From positions 1 to 64,000 of the forward strand of contig NW_021835477.1 of NCBI RefSeq assembly GCF_006345805.1: a stretch of DNA of 64,000 bases. Direction: 5' to 3'. Below the pieces are notes generated by a model. The model was not told the DNA's origin. It worked only from the letters and a program-made list of their open reading frames with translations, and ran no database searches. This DNA is from Octopus sinensis (Eukaryota). Numbering within the stretch: the first letter of the stretch is position 1; every line of letters begins with the position of its first letter. Both the position numbers and the translations under genes were made by a program. Positions 52,146 to 64,000 of the stretch are shown piece by piece.

Positions 52146-52903
52146 TGTATATATATATATAAATTAGAGAAAAAACATTATTATGTAACTCAAACAATGA
52201 TAGACGTAAATCATACCATATAGAAAAAATAAAATATATAATAAAAACATTTATCTAGATCACAATGTATGGTATGATTTACGTCTCTCATTGTTTGAAT
52301 TACATAATAGTGGTTTTTCTCTAATATATATATATAAAGTCAGTAATTTTAAGGGGGAGAAGGAGAATTAGTTGATGCCATTAACTTCAGTACGTGACTA
52401 GTATCCTATTGACCTCGAAGGAATGAATGGCAAAGTTGTCTTCGACCACATTTGAACCCCGAGAAAAGAAGGAACAAAATAACACGCGTCCGCTACTCCC
52501 GTTTCAATAAATAATGCCTGGAAGAAATGTTTGCCAGCCAGATTCGATCCCTCTCTTCTCTAACTTGAAGTAAAAGTACTGAGTGTGTGTGCGTAAACTA
52601 ATTATGTATTTTATGCATTTTTCTTCAAATATATTACATACACACACACACGCACACACACACGCATTTGTCTATAAACAATGTTTGGTCATAATATATC
52701 ACGTGACATTGACACAGTCCTTGACAACGACAAGTTGCTGACAAATTGAAAAATATGTCAGCCATTGCAATCATCACATGAAGCAATTCACGTGACACAA
52801 CATATTTCTCACCTCATCTGCTGTTTTCACATGTGCATGATTTTTGTGTGTGTGTGTGTGACTGTGTGTGTATGTGTGTGTGTGTCTGTGTGTGTGACTG
52901 TCT

Positions 52904-52950
<47 letters not shown>

Positions 52951-53375
52951 TGTGTGTGTGTGTGCGTGTGTGTGTGTTTAAATCTGTGTTCAGCACCGGT
53001 CTATTCAGATTTCTATATTTGAGCTCGTATCTAGATATGCGTCTGTATGTGAGGACTCAGGTATGTGGAAATGTGTGTGGATGTCGGTTTCTAATATCTG
53101 TCAAGCTTGCTAGCTATCATCATATATTGTGCAACCGTTAATCAAGACATGTTTATTTTTGCCTCTGCATTCTACTTTTTCTTTTTACCTCTCACCCTCC
53201 GTTTCCTCTCCTCATTCCATTCTGTTCTGTAGAGAGGGTAGGCACGAAACGTCAAACACGTCGTCCATTTTCCTGGGGCAAAATTAATGCACCTTTTTCG
53301 TTGTTCACTCACCTGTCTGTATGCCTTTCGTGTTTTGTTTTTCGTATAATTTTGAACTATATATATGTATGTATG

Positions 53376-53407
<32 letters not shown>

Positions 53408-53525
53408 TGTATGTATGTATGTATGTATGCATGTATGCATGTATGTGTGTATGTATGTGTATATATATATTATATATATATATATATATTATATTATATA
53501 TATATATATGTATATATTAATATTT

Positions 53526-53635
53526 AGCAGAAGAAACAGAGTGATTCAAGGTCTGAGAGTTTCGTGCGGTGGCACTTATTGATAAATGCCAACGCACGAA
53601 ACTTTCGGAACTTGAGTCACTCTGTTACTTCTGCT
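53526..53635. repeat. 110-nt imperfect palindrome (two 49-nt arms, 6 mismatches)
   Basis: Arms 53526-53574 and 53587-53635 are reverse complements; flanked by (TA)n on both sides. Confidence 0.9.
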
Positions 53636-53645
53636 TTATATATAG

Positions 53646-53677
<32 letters not shown>

Positions 53678-54512
53678 CGGAGCAGGCACATAAATGTGAA
53701 ACAAGGTGGAAAAAAGAGTACTCAAATATCAGAGATAGAGTAATATGCTTTATTTAAAAGCAGCAGAAATATAACAAAAGCTGTTACTCAGAGTTTCACG
53801 TTCCCGTTCGTCGCATCTTCCAACACGCCAGTTTGGGAAAATTTCATGAGAAAACACTCGAACGCTTAACCCACCTACCCAATAGAGCGGCGCACGGTCT
53901 TGTTGGAAAATAACTGTTGCAAGTGGTGCAACTACAGTGCAACAATATGCACCCTATATAAATATCATATGAGAGTAAGATAAAGAAAATGGAAGAGAAA
54001 GACAATGGATTCTATATTGATCACTACGATCGTTTCGACCCACCGTGCATCAGTCCCTCCCGAGTGATATTCTCTACAAATAGTTGTAGCACATTATTCG
54101 GTGCAGATTTCGCTTATTTAGGTTAGAATACATTTTGGTACTCTCCCATAGCTAGTCGCATACAGAAGAAAACACTAGTTAAATGGCATACTACCAGGTG
54201 TATACCCAAGTTCAGTCGGGCGTGACTGCCGCTACCTCGTGGTGGGCTGAGGAAACGAGAGTTCGCCGAGGAAAAAATTTTCGATCCGATGTCCGCGCAC
54301 CGAGCCGGTGAGGATCGAGCTAGTGAGCCGGGTTCTGCAGCGATGCGGCAGGAGGCAGCCTACGCTCCCTGCATACTCGCGTGCGTGCATATACATAGCT
54401 GCATATATATATACATCTATACACATACACACATTACATATATACATATATACATACATATATATATATAATATATATATACATACAAACATACATAAAT
54501 GCATACACACAC

Positions 54513-54556
<44 letters not shown>

Positions 54557-54557
<1 letters not shown>

Positions 54558-56421
54558 AGTATCTCACAGAAAGATGCTCACTCCTATAAAATTTCATTAA
54601 AATTGCCATTACTCTGATAATATCGAAGGAAATCAAACGAAATTTATACAGAATAAAATATCATTATACATGCAAACATTATACAAATTTGGAACACAAA
54701 ACGATAAACATTTTCAAAGATACGAACGAAATATTAATTTCCAAACGATACAAAAATATGTACACTCTAAAGTATTATTTGCTATATTCAATATTTGGTG
54801 TGACCGCCTTTGCTTTCAATGACTGCATTAAGTCTTCTGGGCGTAGAATCGAATAAATTTCTGCATATAACCAATGAAATCGACCTCCATTTATTCTGAA
54901 TGATGTCTTTCAACTGTGTTACGTCGCAGGGTTTTTCTCTTCAACCTTCTTTTACAAAACACCCCACAGATGTTCTATTGGATTTAAATTAGGTGATATG
55001 GTCAGCCAAGGCAATGCCTTTACCTTTTTATCTGATAAAAACTTAGTCATCTTTGAAGTGTGTTTAGAGTCATTATCATGTTGGAACATGGAATGTTTTC
55101 CTAGTTCCTTGATGCTTTTCAACATTGCTTTCTGCAATATGTCACAATGAAGCCTAGAATCCATTGTTCTCTTGATAAGCGTAAGTCCTCCCATACCAAC
55201 CGCATTCATGCATCCCCCAAAACATAACACTTCCGCCGCCGTGTTTCACGGTATCCATGATGCATTTGTCGCTATTATCTTCACCTGGTCGTCACCATAC
55301 CCGTTTAATACCATCTGACCCAAACAAGTCGAATTTAGTCTCGTCAGGTAAAAGAATTTCATTCTAAAACTCCTTCGCCTTTCTCATATAGATTTCGGCA
55401 AAAGAAAGACGACTTTATTTATGCCTGGTGGCGAGGGGAAGCTCCCTAATAGGAATGCGTCCATGAAGACCACACTGGTTCAAACTTCGGTGGACTGTAG
55501 TCTGTGGCCGGATACACTCGTTCCACGAACTGAAGACACTTCTTGGGCCAAAGCTGGCAGAAACGTTAGCACGCCGGGTGAAATGCATTGCAGCATTTCG
55601 TCCGTTTTTACGTTCTGAGTTCAAAGTCTGCTGAGGTCAACTTTGCCTTTCATCCTTTCGGGGTCGATAAATTAAGTACCAGTTACGCACTGGGGTCGAT
55701 GTAATCGACTTAATATCCGTTTGTCTGTCCTTGCTTGTCCCCTCTGTGTTTAGTTCCCTGTGAGCAGTAAAGAAATAGGTACGACACCTGTCGTCCATCA
55801 CGCAACGTTGGATGTGGCGAATATATCACGGCGCAGTTAAAATAGGACGAACTGGACAATGTTAATTGCTTAGTCATCCAGTAGCTTTGTACTTCTAAAT
55901 TACTATGGCAACTGTGTTTACGCTAATATGTATTCGTTTGCTAATTAGCTTGTATCCTAAACCGTTCTTCTGCAAATTAAAAACAATTATCTTCAAATCT
56001 TCAGACAATTTTTTTCTCCTTTTGGTGCCATTTTAATCACAAAGAAGAAGATTTTCATCACGGTACACAAATCAGAATTCCTGCAAATGTAATAACAATG
56101 ACCGGGGCAAAAATGCCAGGAGAAATAATTTATTAGAATTGAAATTATCAGCAATACCTGAATTTAGTAAAAAAAAAAAAGTGGATAAAATATTGAATAT
56201 AGTAAATTTCCTTTAGGGTGTACATATTTTTGTAACGTTTGTAAATTATGTCGTTCATATCTTTGAAAATGCTTATTGCTTTGTGTTCCAAATTTGTATA
56301 ATGTTTGCATATATGATATATTTTATTCAGTAAAACTTTCGCTTGATTTCCTTCGATATTATCAGAGTAATAGCAATTTTACTGAAAATATTTAGGGTGT
56401 ACATACTTCTGTGAGATACTG
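54557..56421 (-). mobile_element. Tc1 DNA transposon, near full length, inactivated
   Basis: About 215-bp TIRs starting cagtatctcacagaa; right TA at 56422-56423; minus-strand translation MFQHDNDSKHTSK...SPNLNPIEHLWGVL (DD34E); frameshifts; SINE insertion. Confidence 0.93.
55548..55776 (+). mobile_element. SINE family A inserted in the Tc1 transposase gene
   Basis: agctggcagaaacgttagcacgccgg...agtaaagaaata. Confidence 0.9.
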
Positions 56422-56874
56422 TAGACATATAATATCACCTGCCAGGTGAAACTGAATGCCGTGCCACGATGTTTTGCAGCAGCTGGTAATAGTTTTGCGA
56501 AAGTATTTCTTCATTATTAATTCTGTCTCATCAGATGTCTTTGAGGATCTTCCGTTGACGTCATTGCTAGAATTGTTCGGCTTCTTGATCACCTCTTCGT
56601 GTCATTTTGCAATGTTCCACTTCTTGGCAGAATTGTTATTGCACAATAGAACCGAGTCTTGCATTGCAATAATGGCGATTGTTTTTATAATTAATATAAA
56701 ATGGAACAGACACGCAAGGAATTGTACACACACACACACGCACACACACACGCACACACACACACACACACAAATATACGCACATAGATACATCGTGCAT
56801 CGGTCTCTCTCTCTTTCTCTCTCTCTATATATATATGTGTGTGTTTGTGTGTGTGTGTGTTTGTGTGTGTATGT

Positions 56875-56905
<31 letters not shown>

Positions 56906-57239
56906 CGTGCTTGTGTGTGTGCGTGTGTATATGAGTGTGTGTGTGTGTGTGTGTGAGTGTGTGTGTTGTGCACAAACACGCAAACATCGCGTGACAGCCC
57001 CGTCAGTGATGAAAATGTTCACTTGATCGCTGGATTAAGACAATAAATGAAACTTCGGCTAAATTTGAACCTGTGTAATCACTTGGTCATTTATCTTTAG
57101 TTCACACACGTGATCGCGCGCACGCACACGCACACACACACACGCACAAACACGCGCGCGTATGTGTGGAGGCTTGTGGTTGGTATAAGCAGCGAAGACG
57201 ATTCCTCTCTAGATTAAATCTTAAATGCTAATTCTTGAA

Positions 57240-57660
57240 TACCGAGTTGGCAGAATGGTTAGAGCACCAGAAAAACGGTTTTGTAGTATTTGTTCCAACT
57301 CTTTACATTCTGAGTTCAAATCACGCGGACGTTCACTTCGCTTTTTTCATCGTTTAGGAGATCGATAAATACTGGGGGCAATGGTATTGACCAATCCCTT
57401 CCCCACCCCCCTCAAAATTTCTGGCCTTGTGCCTTAATTAGAACCCACCATTCAGGACTGTAAGCAGGAAGAATCGGTAGAGCGTCGGAGAAACTGTTTT
57501 GCGGAATATATTCTGGTTCTTCACTTTCTGAGTTCAAACATTGTTATGGTCAATTTTCCTGTCCACCCTTTCGGGGTCGATAAAACAGAGTACCAGTTAA
57601 ATACTAGGGTATGCGGTATCGGCTAATTCCGTCCACTCAAAATTTACTGGCCTTGAGTTT
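57240..57660 (+). mobile_element. Two adjacent degenerate SINE family A-like copies
   Basis: ttctgagttcaaa B boxes at about 57310 and 57530; cttttcggggtcgataa cores. Confidence 0.7.
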
Positions 57661-57691
57661 AATTTTAAAAATCGAAAATAATTCTTAAATT

Positions 57692-57850
57692 GGCGCAGGA
57701 GTGGCTGTGTGATAAAAAACTTGCTTCCCAAACATGCGGTCCTGCGTTCAGTCCCACTGCGTGACACCTTGCGCAGATGTCTTTCATTATAGACCTCGGG
57801 CTGACCAAAGCCTTGAGAGCGGGTTTCGTAGAGAGAACTAGAAGCCCATC

Positions 57851-57886
<36 letters not shown>

Positions 57887-57916
57887 TACACACACACACA
57901 TACACATACATACACA

Positions 57917-57948
<32 letters not shown>

Positions 57949-57965
57949 CACACACACACACACAC

Positions 57966-58002
<37 letters not shown>

Positions 58003-58190
58003 GGTTCTGTGTGTGTTTGTCCTCTACCATTGTTTGACAACCGGTGTCGGTGCGTTTATGTTCCCGTAATCTAGCAGTTCGGCGAAAAGAGACCGATAGA
58101 ATAAATACTAATCTTAAAAGCAAGTCCTGGGGTCGATTTATTCGGCTAAAAAACACTCCAAGGAGATGCCCCAGCATGGCCCCATCCAAA
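57692..58190 (+). mobile_element. SINE family B with expanded central microsatellite
   Basis: ggcgcaggagtggctgtgtg head; ccccagcatggcc tail. Confidence 0.8.
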
Positions 58191-58813
58191 TTACGAAAAT
58201 AACCGAAAGATGAAAGATAAGAATACGGATAAGGTAAACGTAATTTCCGATTCATTAAAAGAGCATTAATTTAATACTTGAAATTCCGTTTAGAATTCTG
58301 TGAATGGTAATAATTTGGTGCTAGACAGGCACCATATCCAGAACCTTTGAAGTCCAATACGTATATACCGGGTGGAATGGTATTAAATGTACGAAACGTC
58401 TGCTCGGCGCAATAAATATTAAAATAGAGGAAGAACGAGGAGAGGATTTAAACTGCTTCCATAATTCTCGTCGGAGAGTTAAAATCTGTGTGTGTGTGCG
58501 TGGTGTGTGTGTGTGTGTGTGTGTGTTGTGTGTGTGTGTGTGTGTGTGGTGTGTGTGTGACAGGGTAAGTGCTTGCGTTGTGTGTATGGGTGTGGGTGTT
58601 TTCTTTTGTAGATTCAACCAATTTCAAGAGATATTTCATTTCGTATGAGTGTGTATTCAGTATATCAAATACAAATACTCACATACACACACGTCCTACA
58701 TATGTACGGATCTATCTGTCTATCTATCTATCTATCATCTATCTATCTAGCGATGTTGGTGGGGGGGACAAACACAGACACAAAAACATACATACATACA
58801 TATATATATATAT

Positions 58814-58980
58814 ACGACGGGCTTCTTTCAGTTTCCGTCTACCAAATCCGCTCACAAGGCTTTGGTCGGCCCGAGGCTATAGTAGAATACACTTGTCCAA
58901 GGTGTCACGCAGTGTAGCTGAACCCGGAACCATGTGGTTCGTAAGCAAGCTACTTACCACACAGCCACTCCTACGCCTAT
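58814..58980 (-). mobile_element. SINE family B 5' half
   Basis: Reverse complement of ggcgtaggagtggctgtgtggtaagtagcttgcttacgaaccacatgg. Confidence 0.85.
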
Positions 58981-59599
58981 TATTCAGTTTTATTTCAAGA
59001 TTTCCTGCCAATAGAGAAAGAGCCGGTTCCTAACCTAGATACAAGGCTCTTTTATTGGAATGGGAACAACATCAACAGAGTATTTTTGTATGAATAGATT
59101 TGCATGTTTTGCTTTATGTAGATCTGGACGCAGATCGTCTCAATATGATTTCAGTCGATTCATATATCCGACAACGAGGTTTTGTTTCGCTTTTTTTTAT
59201 AGCAGTTAAATCTATTAGTGTTCAATTCATAACTTGTGTATGTATGTATGTATGTATGTATGTATGTATGTATGTATGTATGTATATATAGTACAAATTT
59301 GTATATTTTGTTTTATGTATGTAAGTATATTTTTTCCGTTTTTATGTTTGCTCGGCTCTGTCCCAAAAGCTTCCATGCTGGCCGCTCTACTTGACTGAGC
59401 AATTTTGGAAGGTGTTGAAACTGTGATGGTATTTGGTCAACCACTGTATACACACATACAAATATTATACATTGATACACAAGCGGAGATAGATTAAGTT
59501 GATAGAAAGATTGGTAGAGTTATAGATATATTCCTTGTATATATGAAAACATCGCAACTCGTTGTTTCACGCCACGGATATATGATCACTCATTCAACA

Positions 59600-60310
59600 G
59601 GCCAGCCGATTAGATCGACCCCTGTACGCAACTCGTACTTAATTTATCGACCCAGAAAGGATGAAAGGCAAAGTCAACCTCAGCGGAATTTGATCTCAGA
59701 ACATAAAGATAGACGAAATACCGCTAAGCATTTCGCCAAGCGTTCTAACGTTTCTTATTTCTCTATTGCTTACAAGGGGCTAAACATAGAGGGGGGCAAA
59801 CAAGGACAGGCAAAGAGATTAAGTCGATTACATCGACCCGAGTGCGTTTCTGGTACTTAATTTATTAACCCCGAAAAGATGAAAGGCAAAGTCGACCTCG
59901 GCGGAATTTGAACTCAGAACGTAAAGACAGACGAAATACCTATTTCTTTACTACCCACAAGGGGCTAAACACACAGGGGACGAACAAGAACGGACATAGG
60001 TATTAGGCCAACTACATCGACCCCAGTGCGTAACTGGTACTTAATTTATCGACCCCGAAAGGATGAAAGGCAAAGTCGACCTCGATAGAATTTGAACTCA
60101 GAACGTAACGGCAGACGAAATAACCGCCAAGCATTTCGCCCAGCGTGCTAACGTTTCTGCCAGCTCGCCGCCTTCTTATAAACATAATATTTATTTCTTT
60201 ATAGCCCAAAAGGGTCTAAACATAGAGGGGACAAACAAGAGCAGACAAAGGGATTAAGTCGACTACATCGACTCCAGTGCGTAATTGATACTTATTTAAT
60301 TGACCTGGCA
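59600..60310 (-). mobile_element. SINE family A head-to-tail array (three joined units plus one adjacent tail)
   Basis: Junctions at about 59750 and 59930-59946; head ends at about 60175. Confidence 0.85.
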
Positions 60311-60589
60311 AAAATAATATTAAACCATCTCTTGACATTGCGGTGTTATATTTGTGATATAAAACTCTTACGAACCAGAGTATCTCCATATAATTCAGTC
60401 TGCAGTTGTACTGAACATTCTTTGATTCATGTAATTTTTTATGCAACACACACACACACGTGTGTGTGTGTGTTATTGTAGTCTTTCGTCGTCCGAGAAA
60501 GGCAGTTCTGCAATTTCTTGGTGAACAACAGGTAGAAATGATTTGTTTACACTTTGTGCCGTATAGTGGCTCACCCCCACTCCCATCCC

Positions 60590-60760
60590 GTCAGGTCGAC
60601 GTTACCTGAACAGGTAGGTGGTGCACCACGCGTCAGGTGTTGAAGTGATTGCAGAGTAACATGAGATGAGGTGTTTTCCTCAAGAAGTAAGCTCACCGCT
60701 CCGTCGAGGAATTGAAACAACGTTCTCGCGGTCGCATGTGCATCACCCTAACCACTAAGC
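60590..60760 (-). mobile_element. Degenerate tRNA-SINE head and core
   Basis: gtagcttagtggttagggtg...gtttcaattcctcgac...cttgaggaaaacacctcatctcatgttactc. Confidence 0.6.
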
Positions 60761-61120
60761 TACACATATGTACACTCACACAGAATAAACATTTACTCAC
60801 ACGTACACACCCTCCTCTCAAATACAAACATATAGTCACACGTATACACATACACGCACAAACATACACACATAAATACTCACACACACATACACCCACA
60901 CACACACACATACACACATGTAAAAATCTCTTGTTGCCAATTATTGGAATCAGGAATTATTCCTTATTTTTCACAAGCTCCTATATTAGCTAAAATGTTG
61001 TATTAGCACTATTTATCTGCCCTCTCCCTCCCCCACTCTCTCTCTCTATCTATCGTTCTCTCTTTCTTTCCCTCTTTCTCTCCACGCACATATACACATA
61101 AGAATCTGAAAAGCACACGC

Positions 61121-61159
<39 letters not shown>

Positions 61160-62419
61160 CATATAGAGTGGAAGGTATACATACATATGTGTATGTATAA
61201 GTGTGTGTATCTACACACACATACACACACTCACACACACACACACACACACACACCTACACACACACACACACACACACCTACACACGCAATCATAGCC
61301 TCAACAAATTTCCAATTAGTTGTAGAACACATTCAGTGTGTTTCCGTGAGGTTTCCGTGTCTGGATATTACACCCCCCCCACACACACACATACACACAC
61401 ACACACGTAATCACAAACACGCATACACGAACACACACACACACACGTCCACATACACGCAGGCGACTCTTCATTCAAAGATGTGTTCGAGTTTAATCTT
61501 CCTTTTTATTAAAGCTGCTTCGCGGATTTCCGTATTAATCCTTTATATTAGTTTGAGGCCAGAGAATTTCCTACTTCCATTAATGGTTTAAAAACTCCGC
61601 CGTCTCAGCTTCCGAACGGAGGGAGGATACTAGCATGTTGGCGCCAAACATCGACCATGACGACATCGTTATGTTGAGGATTAATGATTAAACAGTGGCC
61701 CTTCAGTCAATTGTAACCTGCTCTACATGTTTGTTACGTAAAGTACCCGAAGGGGATTTGGGTGGAGTAATCCTCCAACACCGAAGAGTTTTGTAACGAG
61801 TTAGCTACAGAGTAGAACGTTGAGTTATGGTTTGGTGTTAAAGAGAAGGTTACACTTTCCAACCATCAGTGTTGTTGTTGTTGATGTTGCTGCTGCTGTT
61901 GATGTTGATGTTGTTGTTGTTACGTGTCTAAGATGTAATATTAGGATAAGGTAAAAATAGGGATTCCCGAAACCTGTGTATGTCGGAGAAATTAGTCAGT
62001 GTAAAGTTGGGAAGATTGTGAAGAAAACTGTGAAGTGTATGAGTCGTGGGAAGTGATGATTGGAAGGTTTTGTCAGAAAGCGAGCAAAGGAGGGATTCAA
62101 TTTGGAAGGGAAAGAGATGGGCTAGCAAGGGGAAGGGCGTCACCAAGAGAGAAGTCAAAGGTGTAAGATGAAAGGAGAAAAATTAGACAGGCAGGTTACT
62201 CTATGTATGTATGTATGTATGTATGTATGTATGTATGTATGTATGTATATATGTATGTATGTATGTATGTATGTAGTATACATGTATGTATGTATGTATG
62301 TATCAGACAGACAGACACACAGGTATTTAGATAGATAAATATAGATATATATTATAATATATATATATATATCAGACAGACAGACACACAGTATGTAGAT
62401 AGATAAATATATTATTTAT

Positions 62420-62479
<60 letters not shown>

Positions 62480-62672
62480 TTAATCCAACATGAAAACACA
62501 AAGAGAAAACACAACGCGAGGACGTAGAACAAATATAGTATTATTGGACGTTCAGGAAAGGAGGAGGGTTTAACGTTTCGAGCGGAGCTCTTCGTCGGAA
62601 ACATAGGAGAAGGAAAGATCCAGAGAAGGGAAGACAGAGGAAAAAAAATCGCCAACGGTACACACGCGGTCA
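62480..62672 (-). mobile_element. Penelope-type pLTR-like repeat with a minimal hammerhead motif
   Basis: gttt-CCGACGA-a-gagc(tcc)gctc-GAAA-cg-T-T-aaac at 62602-62568. Confidence 0.65.
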
Positions 62673-62714
62673 AATATATATATATATCTAAATTTATCTA
62701 TCTAGCTAGCAAGC

Positions 62715-62737
62715 TATCTACCTACCTACCTACCTAC

Positions 62738-62835
<98 letters not shown>

Positions 62836-62935
62836 GTCTGTATGTCTGTCTGTCTTTCTGTCTGTCTTTCTGTCTGTCTGTCTGTCTGTCTGTCCGTTCG
62901 CCTGTCTGCCTGCTTGTCTGTCTGTCTGCCTGTCA
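62715..62935. repeat. (CTAC)n/(ATCT)n/(GTCT)n tetranucleotide tract
   Basis: Direct inspection. Confidence 0.95.
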
Positions 62936-63623
62936 TCCATCCATCTCTCCCAAAAACTACGAAAAGAAAGCGCTAGAGTAAAGCTGACAGGTTGAAGTAT
63001 AGGGAGGAGGGCAATTTGGATCGGAAGGTAGGAAGGTCTAATACATCAAACAACCCCCAATAGGCATGAGAGCTACGATGAATGATTAAAGGGAACAGAA
63101 AAAGGGGCAGCGAATGGACAGAAGGATAAACAAGACGAATACATGCATACATTTCTACTTATACACACACACCACAAAGTTCCATATATACACTTACTAA
63201 TACATGTAAACACATATACATTTATACACACAAATTTACGCACACTCACACACACTTAATATACACACCCATAAGTTTCCAGTAAAAAAAGCACTTTTAT
63301 ATATGTGTTTATGTGTGTGTGTATGTATGTATATATATGTGTATATATATATTATATATATATACACATATAAATACTTATACATATATATATATATATA
63401 TATATTATATATACATACACAAACATATATATATATATGTGTATATATATATATATATGAATTTATATGTATATATATATGTATATAGATATATGCATAT
63501 GTGTATATACATATATATATACATACATACGTACATATATAAATATTCATATATAAATATTCATACGTGTATATATGTATATGTAAATATGTGTATATAT
63601 ATAATGTATGCGTATGTTTATAT

Positions 63624-63688
<65 letters not shown>

Positions 63689-64000
63689 GTGTGTTCCGCC
63701 CTCCTATCACTGTCGATAAACTTCACCAATCTTCCGAGCTCAATATTTAAACAGAAAAAAACTGTTACACAACAAACAAGTGATTAAGTTCCACTTCAAA
63801 AAGATGAAAGGGTCAAACTGAAACATGGGCGGAGCTGGGCGGAAACATGTGGCTCAGTGGCGTGATGCACATCGTTAGCTTTTCCCCACAAGATCTTCTC
63901 TTCAACGCCCAGCAGAAAGTCATCAACGACCAGTTACCATTTTTTTTTTCATAAATTACGGATTCCCGCGACTTCTTCAATGGTAGAAATGCTTTATTGA

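Noticed and set aside
54300-54345. U3 snoRNA or 7SK RNA
   Set aside because: A box-B-like string and a GATC/GATC stem are present, but box C/D elements, the U3 5' domain and 7SK termini are absent.

Overview
Eukaryotic, AT-rich, extremely microsatellite-dense DNA ((TA)n, (CA)n, (TATG)n, (ATCT)n, (GAT/GGT)n, (CCA)n). The composition and tRNA-derived SINE families resemble an octopus/cephalopod intronic or intergenic region (inference; no search was run). No complete protein-coding gene is supported; nearly all listed ORFs are translations of simple repeats. Recognisable content: three or four tRNA-headed SINE families (dozens of copies, several with target-site duplications), a near full-length Tc1 with about 215-bp TIRs, two mariner relics, a hAT-like (CxxH) transposase pseudogene, restriction-like-endonuclease (R4/Dong-type) LINE fragments, a Penelope GIY-YIG fragment, a non-autonomous Helitron, several MITEs and minisatellites. 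Most notable observations: (1) several unrelated minimal type-I hammerhead ribozyme motifs with palindromic helix III, one inside a tRNA-headed SINE-like element; (2) three co-oriented CTCF-like motifs in 180 bp, near islands with a perfect DR4 and TCF/E-box/Pbx-Hox motifs; (3) a probable promoter plus first coding exon on the minus strand at about 21.8 kb; (4) head-to-tail SINE concatemers and a 122-bp satellite built from the SINE core; (5) a 110-nt palindrome and a GC-rich, highly foldable island.
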